A stretch of DNA of 64,000 nt. It comes from the human T2T-CHM13v2.0 reference genome, Homo sapiens. Below, one piece after another: positions 22,065-35,574 of this stretch (within the stretch, counting starts at the first letter, position 1; each line of letters opens with the position of its first letter). A program made the position numbers and the translations under genes. Under the pieces are notes generated by a model. It did not search any database. It saw only the letters and a program-made list of their open reading frames with translations, and was not told the DNA's origin. The stretch is taken from NCBI RefSeq assembly GCF_009914755.1, contig NC_060939.1; one strand, written 5' to 3'.

Positions 22065-25000
22065 CTACATAAATTAATAAGCTTTCAGCATTATTTGTCA
22101 TAGCTGAATCTTGGAAACAAATACGTCTATTAATAGGTGACTGAATCAATAAATCATGTTACATTTAGAGAATGAAAAACTACACAGCCATTAAGAATTA
22201 AGATAGATGTATACATTTTGATAAGAAGCAGTATGTCCAAGAAGTAGTTCTAAGTGAAATAAAGTACAGAAACGTGTGATTAGTACGCTATAATTTATTT
22301 AAAAACGTGCTTACAAAGTAATGATAAATGATTGAGGTGACAGATATCCCAATTACCTTGATTTGGTCACTACATACTATATACCTGTATCAAAATAACA
22401 CGTGTACCTTGTAAATATGTAAAACTATTACCTGTTAATATTATGCATTATGTAAATTAAAAATTAAATGCCCAAAGCCATGTGTTTATACACATATTTG
22501 TAAATGCACTGATTATCTATATGTGACTTAGGAATAGCAGTTTTCTTTTAGAAGAACTGAGGGTCTTGGGTGGGAGAGCTATCTTACTGTCTAAAAATAC
22601 TATTCAATATTTATTTATTTTTTTCTATGTGGCTGGATTACTTAAGTAAAAGAAAGCTTTGAAGGCAAAGCTAGTGTACTGTGTGTTTCACTTAGGACAT
22701 CACTTAAGACAAACCAATAGTTTGACACAGGAAGATTGTTATTGATGATTGGAACATACTAAAGTAAAAAAATCTGTCCTCACATTCTTTTCATTTCTTC
22801 CTATAAACAATAAAAGAGATTCTTACCCTTTTGTTCAAATTGAAATCTCCCCCTTCACATTCTGTATTCCATCCTCTACCACAGTTACAGGGAGCGAGTA
22901 CCTTTGCTTACCACCTTTCTCTCCTTTCCCTGCTCAACCTTACCTTACAAAAACAAAAACATAATTCTTCCTTGATCTAACATCCCCCTTCAGTTTTCAT
23001 CTCTCTCCTCTCCTTTAGCCAAGCCCCATGTCTATACCGGTTCTCTGTATCTCTCATTGTCACTTCACTCCTCAGCCTACAGCAATCTGGTTTCCTTCTC
23101 CACAATGTCTCTGAAATTTTGCCAAAGTCACCAGTGATTTCTATGTACCTAAATCAAATGGTTACTTGTAAGTTCGTGAATTGTTTGACTTTTTAGCAGT
23201 GTTTGACCAGACTGACAACTCTCTAAATGAAAATTCAAAGAAAATCCCATTTTCTTTGCTTATTTTCTTCTGTTTTTTTTTTCCCCCTCTCTATTTACTT
23301 TTCCTGTTTCTTTTTTGGTATTTTGCTTCTCCACCTATCCACTATATATTTATTTGTGCTTATTATGGCATTGCTGGTGGCTTGATGTTAGACTCTCTGC
23401 TCTTTTCTCATACATATTTCTTAGGCAGTATTTCTTAGGAAGTATATACCCACTTCAGGTCCAAATGCCCTTTCTGTGCTAACAGCTTCTAATATCTAAT
23501 ATATCTATTACCCTCTCCTGAGCTTGAGACTTTTCTGTCCAATCGCTGACTGGTTGTCTTTACTTGGATATCTCAGTGACACATAGTTGACCATGTGTAC
23601 AAGTGAACTCATTGTGTTACCTCAAATTTTCCCTTCTGGGGTTTGCTATGTCACAAATTAATTACTTTTTGGAGGCAGATTTCCTTACTGTGATATCAAG
23701 AGTGAGTGAAAAAAGTGTCTGGTGAATAGTAGTTATTTCACAAATATTTATTGACTCAAGGATTGAATCAATTAATGATACCATGTATGATAAATATCAT
23801 CAAATGTATAGTACAGAACATTTTGAAACATTTAAAATATTGAAAGACAAGATACCGAAAGTGCAGATTATCCTAATGTGGTAAAATTATGCTACCTCTC
23901 TAAGGATGACTATGAATAACAAGGAAAAAGAGTTAATCAAGCATTAATTCCCTGTTAAATTTCTTTCTGCTTAAAATTTTGGAGTTGTTTTTCTATCTTG
24001 TACTGAACTCTGATATGTATAGCAATGTATGTGTGAAATGCTGTGATTCAAGGGTAGAAACTAAATTAAAAAAAGGGAAGAATCAAAATTTAACAAAGTA
24101 GCTAATCTTTCTGAGGGCAAGTTGTCAAAATTTTGGCAATGGTGTTGAGTGTATGCAGTGTATGCATGACCAATATCCAGAAAGGGGTATCCTGGAAGAG
24201 GTTGTATATAGTACTCATCTTCACTCAGTGAATTTTTGACTGAAGGAAAATTTTAAAAAAATTTATTAGATACAAAGTAAGAACCCATGGTCCTGAGGGC
24301 TTTCTAAGGTAAAAAGACAAAAGGCAAGAAAAGATCTTTGCATCAAAGAGCTTAAAGTATTATAGTTAATTTAAACATATAGTTGTTTTACATTCTTTTA
24401 ATAAAGGTTTAATCATATGCTTACATGAAGAACAAAGGAAGCTTAAATGTTGTAGTTGTTACTCTGTTCACCAGTATTTTGTTTTTCCTCCTGAGTGCAT
24501 GATAGAATTGTACCTCCCTGACACTTGGAAATTAGATGTGACCAAAAGACTACCCTGATTTGCCTATCGATTTCTGAATAGATGTAATGGCATGCAATTT
24601 TCAGATGGAAGTTTTAAGAGCTAGTGTGTGATTTGCCTAAGAAGGATGGTGACATTTTACTGCAGAGATAGAAAGTGAGGGCATATGGGCAGAAAGACCA
24701 GCATTAGCAAACCCATGGAAAACAGGGATTGAATTTATAGACATAGAGATACCTGAAACAGGGCAGCAAAATAATATTTTCAAGAACATGTTTTCTATCA
24801 ATATTTCTAATTTAATTTTATAGCATCTAAGAAAGTGATATACCACTCACATAAAGTCTTAAACACTCTACATTTTAATTAAACTTTAATTATATCTTTT
24901 AATTTCCATGGCTGGCTTTAAATTAAATTTAATTCTACTTACCAGGATTTTAAGAGCTTCTGAATTTGTCCTATCCTCAACTTTCTGCAACTGGGTTTAC

Positions 25001-25552
25001 AGCTGTATTTTCTCACTACTGTTAATTGAATGCTGATGGTAGGGATAGTTCTTACTATTTTTTCCCCCTGTAACTATGTTCACTTAATTCAAGGTCCTCA
25101 GGTCTCTGTAAACCTTTGCATTCAAAAAACTAAAAAACTCCACACTGCTTCCTACTGCTTAAGATTTTTCTTATTTCTGCCCCACAGGTTTTGGCTCAAG
25201 CTAAAGGAAGGATTGTGCTTGCCGTGATTGTAGATAGGCACAAGATCATATATTTCAAAGGAAATCATATTCAAATTCAAATACAACCTAATGGTGATCT
25301 TGTGGTAAATGTATCCACTAACACTCACTTTCTATTCCTTCCTAGTAATTGTTCAGTCTCCAGAAATTATTTCCGTAATTTATTCCTGTTATTTCAGAAT
25401 TGAATCTTTGAAGGGAATAAGCCCACTGAATTATATGTTGATACAGCCATTCACAAATTGCTTCTTTAATACATTCTTCAAAATGTAAAAATGTTGGTTT
25501 CAATTGGTCACTTTCTTCTCCAAACAATTTTTTTAAAGTGGATCAAACATGA

Positions 25553-25861
<309 letters not shown>

Positions 25862-27698
25862 GAAAGAAGTTTATTGCTCACTTAAAATCTGAATGGGTGC
25901 TCCTGATTGGCAGGTTCTTCAAGTGCTGATTCTGGAATTCAGGACTTCTCTTTGACTTCATCATCTTCATAAATGTCTTTCAATGTCATTGTGCTCAATG
26001 GTATCAAAAATCATCAAGGCCCTTGTATGGGTAGGGCCTGAAGTGTTGCACAGCAGTTTTAATTGTTTTCTCTGAACTAGAACTCGGTCACATGACCACA
26101 CCTAACTCCAAAGGGGACCCAGAAATGTGATCTACACTTGAAAAAGAGGAAATGGATTTGTCTTTTTCACACAATTGATAACTTCTGGGTTGACTAACAT
26201 CTACCTTGTTTGATCTATATGTGGAGAAAAAGAGTTTATAAGAAATAAAGATGGGTAGCTCTGTGGATTTCTGGGCATAAGATCCTTCTGGATTTAGTGG
26301 GCAAGATCTTCAAACTGCCAACTGGGCAACATGGATGAAAAATTTTGGGTCTTGTGAATAATTTAAAAAGCAAAGAAAAAGAAACTTGACATTTTGGAGA
26401 CAAACCTGTGTGAGTGTTTTATTGGTACAAACGTATTTAACACTAGGGGTTTTGTACAATTTTTTGCCTTTTCTACTAGAAAACAATGTAAAGTGATTTC
26501 ACAATGTGAAGAGAAAAAAAAATTGCCGCTGTGACCAAACGCACAGTCTGTTGTGCAGCAACAATGGGCTTCGATCAACTCAGTCGTGATTCAGCTGTAG
26601 AAATGCTTTTCCTTCACCTTGTTTGAGCTTTTCCTTTCTTTCCTGTTTTGATTTGCAAAAGAAAATGTCTTTTTTGTGTAAACTTGTGTTGTACTCTGTA
26701 GAAAATTACGGGTTTTACTTTAATGGTTTAAGAAAAAAAGCAAGAAGAGCCCTCGTCGCTTTTCTTACTTCATCACAGAGTTTGTGTAGTGAATTTAAAA
26801 AGAGAAAAAAAATTGTTAAAATTTGGAGCAAGGGAGTATGTTTTTCAAAAGAACCTCCTTCCTTTTTTTGTGTGTTTTTCCTTTTGTCCCAATGGGGAAT
26901 CTAAATCTGTTTTAATTGCACAGACACATGGACAAAAAGTCATTTTTTATCTGCCAAGTGTGGTACCGTTCTTTGTTTGTTATTAAACTGTTTAGACCCA
27001 GAATTTTTTTTTCTTCTCAGTTTCTGAGATTAACAAAATTTGAAGGTAATGGTGCCTCTCATGGCAGAAAAAGTTTGTTAGCGCAAAGATAATTTATTAA
27101 GATTAGAAGAGGAAACTCTGGAAGGAATACTGCTATGTTAACAGCCTGATCTGTGTGTGTGTAAGTGTGTGTGTGACTGCACATGAGCGTGTATGCATAT
27201 TATGTAGTTTTTGTCTCCAATATGATTATCTCTGAAGATGAAACATACTCAAGCCTGCATAATGCACGTTAATTGCCCCCACTGGTCCCAGGATTGAGAT
27301 CACCAGAGACAGAGCCTCAGACTCTGGAAGGGATAAGTAATGAGGAATGGGGAGATTTGTGGCATGTTCTACATCTGAGTAAAGCCTGAAAGGGGCCTTT
27401 GTAAAGAAAAGAATCAAAAGGTGCCTTACTTAGAGGCTATTTGACTCCTGGGCAACATTTAGGATACGGAATTATGGGCAGGTGGAGCAGTAACTTTTCT
27501 GTATCTCGAAGTCCACTTTGTTTCAGATGTTGGTATAAAAAGGAGCATAAATTTTCATGACTATTTTCCTTCACAAACAGCTTTATTATTAGGCTTATTA
27601 GACACAGAATTAAGAATTTTTTTGTCAAATAGTAATTTTGTCCTTGCAGATTATCTTCAAAAGGATTATATTCTTAGAAGACAGGAAAATGGGAGTCA

Positions 27699-28449
27699 TT
27701 GCTGCCTGTCTAACTAGTTCAGGCTTAATTTGCTAGTCAATGAAAAACAAGATGTACTAGAAGAATGAAATGTTCAAAGCTTTATGGAAACAGCATTTTG
27801 CAAGACCATTTGGTGCAGGTTTGGGCAATAATTTGGACTAACTCTCTTGTTTATTGTTCTCTTTCACACAGATACAGCCTAGCACATATTCACTCATTGT
27901 GTGTGACTTGGAGAGAAAACTTTGTAGGTGGTAGCTAATTTATTTCATGAAATTTAACATTCTGATTCAAAAGAGTCAAAAGAAAAAAGGACTGGGGAAT
28001 CTAAGAGATATCCAACATGACCCTTCAGTAGGCTAATCTTTTGGTACAGAAAGGTCCTCAATGCACAATTACTGTGCTGAAAGTGGATCTCGCCTGTGAG
28101 ATACCCCATGCAGAGGACTATCTGTGGCAAATGGAAGTGAAACCTTGCTTTTTTTTTTTTTTTTTTTTTTTTCCTTGTTCTCGTCCTCTGCCTCTTGGGC
28201 AGAATTTAATTACCTCTGTCCCTTCCCTGGTATTTGTTTGTATGTAATTGCCCCAGGTCAAGCTTTTTACACTTTTTCCTTGGGCTATTGAAATAATTTC
28301 CAAATTTTTTTGCTAATTTTATTAACCTGCACCAAATGGTCTTGAAAAATGCTGTTTTCATAAAGCTTCAATTATTTCATTCTTCTACTAATACATCTTG
28401 TTTTTCCTTGACTAGCAAATTAAGCTTGAACTAGTTAGACTGGCAGCAA
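27699..28449. repeat. Inverted repeat, ~125-bp arms (27699-27821 and 28324-28449) around a ~500-bp spacer
   Basis: TTGCTGCCTGTCTAACTAGTTCAGGCTTAATTTGCTAGTCAA... pairs with ...TTGACTAGCAAATTAAGCTTGAACTAGTTAGACTGGCAGCAA. Confidence 0.9.
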
Positions 28450-29259
28450 GTCCTCTGCCATGTGATTACCATATATTTATACCTTATGTCTCACAACTTT
28501 TTGCAAGCACACTTGTACTATTTTAGACTCTTCTCTGGGTATAATTTTTTGTATCCAAATCTTTCTACATTTTTATTATATGCAAATAATATTTTCCCGC
28601 CATCGTTATGGAAAATTCTATATTTTGTCAACGTTCATTTTCTTCTCAAAAGCCTTTTGTTATTATTTCCAAATGAATATTATGTGTGTCTCAGACAACC
28701 ACAGAAAGTTTTGTTTTTGTCACATTCTACTGCTACTGTGTCAATGGCAGCATTTTGATATAGGTGGAGGGACGCTCACATCAACCCCATAATTTGTGTC
28801 AGCTTCTCCTGAAGTTATCAGAAGCATACAATTTAAGTAAAAACAGTATCTTCGCTATCCAAATGATGTTCCAAGGTAAATCTCCTCAGATCCCTTCCAG
28901 TACATGTATGCTCCAAGGCCTGCTCTATGTAGAACTTTTGGAGCCATCAACGTACTGCTTGAGGTTGCTTTGAACAAAAGGTATTTGACATAAGCTCTAT
29001 AAGATCAGGGACTCTTTTTTATTTTATTCATTGTTCTTTATCTTCTAGAGCAATAATTTGCAAAATGACTATTTATTGAATAAACTAGGACGGAGGTGAA
29101 AAGGAAAGAACAGCTCATCCTTCCAAGGGGAAGAGAGCAGTATCCCAAACCCAAATTGAAGAAAATAAACATATATCTATTCACCAGAAGAGATAGAAGG
29201 GAGACAGGGCAGAATTTCTGTGGTTCTTACTATCTCTGTCACCTCTACAGGCAAAACCA

Positions 29260-30205
29260 GTGAGGACCTTGGAGACTACTAATATCACTGGATTTGTGAA
29301 TGAGTTCATCCTCTTGGGCTTCCCCTGCCGCAGGGAGATCCAGATCCTCCTTTTTGTGGTCTTCTCTCTCATCTACCTTCTGACCCTCCTGGGTAACACA
29401 TCCATCATCTGTGCTGTGTGGTCAAGCCAGAAACTCCACACACCTATGTACATCCTACTGGCCAATTTCTCCTTCCTGGAGATCTGCTGTGTCAGTTCTG
29501 ACGTGCCCATAATGGCAGCCAATCTCATCTCCCAGACACAGAGCATCTCCTGTGCTGGCTGCCTGCTCCGATTCTACTTCTTCTCCATGTGTGCTGCAGA
29601 GTGCTTATTTCTGTCAGTGATGTCTTTTGATAGGTTTCTTGCCATTTGTAGACCTTTGCACTATCCCACCTTAATGACCCATCACGTTTGTGCTCATTTT
29701 GTGATCTTCTGCTGGGTGGGTGGCTGTCTCTGGTTATTGACCCCTTTGACACTAATATCTCAGGTGCTCTTTTGTGGTCCAAACACTATCGACCATTTTT
29801 TCTGTGATCTGGCACCTTTGCTGGCACTGTCTTGTGCTCCAATACCTGGAATTACTCTGACTTGTGGTATCATTAGCGCTCATCATCTTTCTTACCTTCT
29901 TGTATATCCTTGGGACTTATTTCTGTGTTCTAAGCACAGTGCTACAGGTGCCTTCAGGCTTAGGAAGGCATAAGGCTTTCTCAACTTGTGGCTGTCACCT
30001 TGCTGTAGTGTCTCTCTTCTATGGTTCTCTTGTGGTGATGTATGTTAGCCCAGGTTCTGGGGACTATCATGGGATAAAGAAATTTGTGACCTTGTTCTAT
30101 ACTTTGTCAACTCCATTCTTTAATCCTCTGATCTACAGTTTCCGGAACAAGGGTATGAAAGAGGCACTAAAGAAATTTCTGAGGAATCGCCACACTGTCG
30201 ATTGA
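29260..30205 (+). pseudogene. OR11J2P: Olfactory receptor family 11 (OR11J-type) pseudogene
   Basis: OR motifs LHTPMY, MSFDRFLAICRPLHY, KAFSTC.CHL, PFFNPLIYSFRN. Start codon is GTG; frameshift at ~29880; acceptor ctacag at 29250. The symbol rests on recalled synteny and the copy is uncertain. Confidence 0.92.
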
Positions 30206-30654
30206 ACCAGTGTGGCGATTCCTCAGGGATCTAGAACTAGAAATACCATTTGACCCAGCCATCCCATTACTGGGTATATAACCAAAAAATTATAAATCAT
30301 GTTGCTATAAAGACATATGCACATGCATGTTTATTGAGGCACTATTCACAACAGCAAAGACCTGGAACCAACCCAAATGTCCAACAATGATAGACTGGAT
30401 TAAGAAAATGTGGCACATATACACCATGGAATAGTATGCAGCCATAAAAAATGATGAGTTCATATCCTTTGTAGGGACATGGATGAAGCTGTAAACCATC
30501 ATTCTCAGCAAACTATCGCAAGGACAAAAACCAAACATCGCATGTTCTCACTCATAGGTGGGAATTGAATAATGAGAACACTTGGACACAGGAAGGGGGA
30601 CTTCACACACTGGGGCCTGTTGTGGGTTGGTGGGGGGAGGGATAGCAAAAAAAA
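30179..30654 (+). mobile_element. Truncated L1PA 3' fragment with short 5' inversion, inserted in the OR C-terminus
   Basis: CAGTGTGGCGATTCCTCAGGGATCTAGAACTAGAAATACC...GGGATAGCA8; flanks AAAGAAATTT / AAAAAAATTT. Confidence 0.92.
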
Positions 30655-32883
30655 TTTATGTATGTGTTATAGTAGGAAATTTCTAAAGGATCCAAGAGGC
30701 AAATTTAATATAATTCATCATTAATGTTTAGAAGGATGAAAGATCATGAGACCAATGAGATCATGCTTTTTTCCATTTTATTCTACTTTTATATATTGGG
30801 AAGATAATTTGAAAGAATTAATTGGACCCATGGTTTCAGTCTTAGGAAGTTATTACTATTATGGTCCAGATATGTTTGTACCTTAAATAGATTTTTTTAT
30901 TTTTGCAATTCTACTTAATATTTTCATCTATTTCTCTAAAACTGAGCTTCTGCTTACTCTTTTGGTTTTCAGTACATACTGTTTGGTATGTTTCAACATC
31001 CTCAGATTCTGCCTTCATTGAAGCAAGTTGTTTCATTTTTTTGAGAGCATAGCAATGGTTGAATGTATTGCAACTAAAAATAGTTTTCCACTGATCCTTC
31101 AAATTACCAGATTAAAACACACACACACATACACACCTCCAAAACTCAACAATTCAGGGACAATTTTAAGCTCTGCTTTTTTATTCTTTATAATTTGAAG
31201 TATAACTTCTGGGGCTAACAAGGGCCTTCAATAATATTATGTTGACTTGATTGACACCTCACATTTTGCCAATGCTAACACTTTGGCATATGTAGACACA
31301 AGAAGGTCAGGTGATGCCCAGTGCAAACCAAAGAGCCATAGAATCTGTGAGATCGCTGACAATCTAGGCCTACTAAGCACTTTTTTTGTGTGTGTAGTTC
31401 TTCATTAAACTCTGGAAAAGTGTTCCTTGGGTAATTTCTACCCTCTAATTTATTTTTTTGAGTAGCAATTTATTAATAATTTGCAGTACTGCACTCCATG
31501 AGGAAATCTTGTGCTAAATCTTGATTCTGGGGTAACTCCAGCACTGACTTTACTACCAAAGTGTAGTTAAATATTTGCAGCATTCTGCTGGATATTTTTA
31601 CATGAAGATCTATTTCAAATTCAAATGTCTAATCCTAAATTTGTTAATCTCCTTTTAAATTAGCTCTAGCCATCCTTATTTTCTCATGGATCTATTGATT
31701 TATAGCATGAACTTGAAATCTTGAGAGTAGAATTCCTTACCATCTCATTCCCACTTCTAATCTGTCATTAAACAGATTAGGCATCTTCCCTGGGATCATT
31801 TGTCATCTTTACGCTCGTCTTTTTTGTGCAGGTTCCTAGCACTCCATATCTGTGATGGCATAATCACTTCATAAATGGTCTGTCTCTGTTATCTCCCATG
31901 TCAAATTCCAGAATTATGTTCTTGAACCTCCATCACTTATTTTCTCTCTACCTAAACACAGGAAAAAACCCCAAATTCTTTAGCTTGTAAATGTTTTTAG
32001 GTTCTTCTGAATTTCTTCTTAAACTTTATTTTTACCTTAATATATGTCTCATCACTCCCATTTGACTCACTCTCTCTAATTCACAGAGTATAATCTTAGT
32101 TTTACAACCTGAGCTTAAAATTGTTCTATTCATACCTTGCCCATGTTTAGATGCCTCATACAAAACTTTCCTTGCCCACTACAGTATATCATAATGTTAT
32201 TTTCTAAGTTCATTGCCTTTTGAGTTTTGCCAAATATTTACTCAAAATTGGTCTGCCTTTTGGGTATCTATTACAGCATTGTTTGTGCTATTTTTTACTT
32301 TCCTACCAGTTAGAATATAAGTTTCTTTAGGGCAGGAAATACGATCTTTTTACTGCTCCTGAATGGCTTCTGCAATAGTAATAGCTCAATTATTGAGTTA
32401 ACAAGGTTATTTGACAAACATTTATTGAGCTCCTATTATGTATTAGGCATTATCTGAGCACTGAAGCTATAGCAGTGATACCTATTCCCATGCAGTTTAT
32501 ATTACAGTATGGGAAGACAGGGATCAATAAATAGAGAAATAAATATGTAGGATACAATATTTCCTGTGGTGATACATTCTTTGAAGAAGGGCAAAGCAGA
32601 TGATGGGAATAGATACTAGTGAGAGTGGGGATGCTCTTTTAAATAGAATAGTGTGGGATGGCTTCATTTAAGCTAAATTTTGAGGAGACCTATAGGAAGT
32701 GAGGGAGTTCTGTCCTTCCTATTTCAAGTTTACGGTGAGCAAGAAAGCAAGGCAATCATCAAAATGAGTGTGGAAATGCTCTAACAAGTACACTTAGAGA
32801 TCCAAATCCAAATGGTGGCTATTAAGAAAGGCAAGAAGTTTGGTTTAAAAATGTGCCTGAAGATGCACCATTGAAAAATGGCA

Positions 32884-33006
32884 GCAGTGTGCAGGGACAA
32901 TGCCACCTAACCCGCGTTCAGAGCGAAGCCACCTGGTCGGCCACCGGCAGCTTGGGGAAGAAGGGCATGTGGCGCGCCCACTCCACCTTGCTGAAGAGCA
33001 GCCGTG
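32884..33006 (-). pseudogene. NR2F6 (EAR-2)-like ligand-binding-domain coding fragment
   Basis: Minus strand reads [26 protein letters not shown] then FALNAG*VALSLHTA; recalled NR2F6 is [41 protein letters not shown]. Confidence 0.85.
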
Positions 33007-33230
33007 AAATTTTTAATAATATTTTTATTTAACCCAACTCACCCAAAATAGTATTTCAACATGGAATTAGTATAAACACTATTAATGAGATGTTTACATT
33101 CTTTCATCCCACCAAGTGTTCAAAACTGGTATTTGATTTTATACTTGGAGCACATCTTAATTAGGACTAGTCACTTTGCAGGTGCTCAGTAACCACATGT
33201 GGGTCGTGGCTATTGTATTGGACAGTACAG
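33007..33230. mobile_element. MER33-like hAT-Charlie remnant (one end missing)
   Basis: GCACATCTTAATTAGGACTAG..GTGCTCAGTAACCACATGTGG..TTGGACAGTACAG. Confidence 0.7.
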
Positions 33231-34466
33231 GTTAAAGAGAGGTCTAAGGACTAAATACAGACCTCAAATAATATTGAGGTTAAACAAATATTAAATTGAC
33301 TTTATTTTTCAGAATGAAGTTTCTTTGCCTGGAGAGAACAAGCATGCTCTTATTTCACGTATTTTCCTAATTGAAATCCTGATTTTGGAAGGGGAAAGAA
33401 CCCACTGAGTGTGCTACATGTTGGAACTAGTGACCTTACACATCCATGCTCCATCTCCTGGGAAAGTCTTTCCTGAAGAATTGTATCTTCAGTCTGTTTG
33501 TCCTGATTTGTCCCAAACTGACAGAAGTACCTGCAGAGCTGGCTAAAATTTCCCTTTCAGACATTGCTGTTTAGGTGAGAGTACAGAGTGGTTGGGAGGG
33601 TCAATCAGTTGTAGAACAATACTTAGGTATAATCCAATTTATATACCCACTCAAAACCCAGAGATTTTGCTTCTATATGTACAGAAAGAGGACTTAGAAA
33701 TACATCCACCAAACTAAACACGCTGCTGAGGAGGCATGTGTGTGTGTAGAGGTGTGGAGATGTGAAAATTTTCACTATTTTGTAGTTTTTTTCTTTACAA
33801 CGACTATTCACTATAAAATATATGATTTATTTGTATAATTAAAAAGTAGACAAAATGGAATACAATTCATTTCAGTGTAGCTAAGCAAGCCCCAGTTAGT
33901 AAAACTTTTATGTTTTTATGTACACATTTAGACTAAAAACATACTTTAAAATATTTCAATTTTATATATGAACATCTTTTTCAAGCACAATGAGAGCTTA
34001 GATACAAGTGAGGATTTTAGTTATTCAGTTAATTATGGTTCGTTGGCCCCCTCCCCCAAGTCTAAGAATTTTTGGCTTAAAGAGAAAGAGTAAGTGAAGA
34101 ATCCTCTATATCCATTCTTCACTAGTTCTAAGAAGGATGAAAGGCAAGTGCACAACACTAAATCTCACTGCAGCTTACAGAGATTTTCCAGATGATAATT
34201 TATTTACCTTTAGTTTAACTTTTTCTCTCAGAACTCCAGATAATGCAGTAGTAACTTATAAGCAGCACAGTATCTTCTAACATCATTCATCATGAGATAG
34301 ACAAGTCCTCAACTACCCGAGACACTGTTTTACCCCTTACTCATCCTGCTCCCCTTTCACTGCTGTTGCATAGGTGGATAATTTGATTTCCACCCTGTGT
34401 AATCTCTAGAGGAAACATAGCTCAGAGATATGGAATAGTCAAAATGAATGGGTTGTTTGAGTTATT

Positions 34467-34489
34467 TCTCTCTCTCTCTCGCTCTCTCT

Positions 34490-34530
<41 letters not shown>
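34467..34530. repeat. (TC)n(TG)n compound microsatellite
   Basis: Direct reading. Confidence 0.95.
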
Positions 34531-34536
<6 letters not shown>

Positions 34537-34779
34537 GTCCAGTATCTCCATCCCTTTTTATGTTTGAGGTAATCCCAATATTATCAGGCTTGGAGCTTCT
34601 ATTTATGTAATTGTTGTTTATATTGCCAGATATTAGCTCTCCTAGCTTCCCTTGCACTTAAAGTTGTAGGAATGTACTCTTGCCTTTACCAGATACAGCT
34701 ATACCAGGCTTTGAATCAAGAAGCAGAAGTAGGAAGAGCAACAATGTTGAAATATTGGCATAAGAAATGACAATGAACA

Positions 34780-35078
34780 GGCTGGGCGCAGTGGCTCGCG
34801 CCTGTAATCCCAGCACTTTGGGAGGCCAAGGTGGGCGGATCACGAAGTCAAGAGACCAAGACCATCCTGGCTAACACGGCGAAACCCCGTCTCTAGTAAA
34901 AATACAAAAAAATTAGCCGGGCGTGGTGGCTGGCACCTGTAGTCCCAGCTACTCAGGAGGCTGAGGCAGGAGAAAGGTGTGAACTGGGAGGCGGAGCTTG
35001 CAGTGAGGCGAGATCGCACCGCTGCACTCCAGCCTGAGACGGAGCAAGACTCCGTCTCAATTAAAAAAAAAAAAAAAA
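34780..35078 (+). mobile_element. Alu (AluSc/Y-like)
   Basis: Dimer and poly(A). Confidence 0.95.
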
Positions 35079-35574
35079 AGACAAGAAGGTAGCACACTTA
35101 TTGCAGAAAAGACAAGTTCCTAGAACAGAATGACAGTGGTGCTCATGTAGCATCTTGGTGGCCTATAGCACAGCCATGACTGCAGTCATGATTTTTCATC
35201 ATCAGTTCTGCATGGTGGTTTGCATATGTATCTTTGAATTTGAGCCTCAACTCTGGCTCTTCAGCTTTCATTGGTTCTGTGAGATTCCTGCTACTCCATC
35301 AATAAATCCTTTTTCATTTACATAATCAGCTAGAGTCAGCTTTTATTGGATGTAAGTGAGAACACTGGCAGAATTATACTCTAATAGAGTTATCTCAGGT
35401 GGGTATAGTCTCTACAATCTGCAGAGGGCAAGAAGAACTAACGCTTTGGCATTGCAGGTTGCTCTGAATTCTCCCTTAGCTCCACAGTGGTCTATGAAGC
35501 TTTATCCCTTAACGTATTTTATTGAAGAAAATATTCCAAAAGTCAAAATAACTTGGAAGAGGATTTGAAGATGT

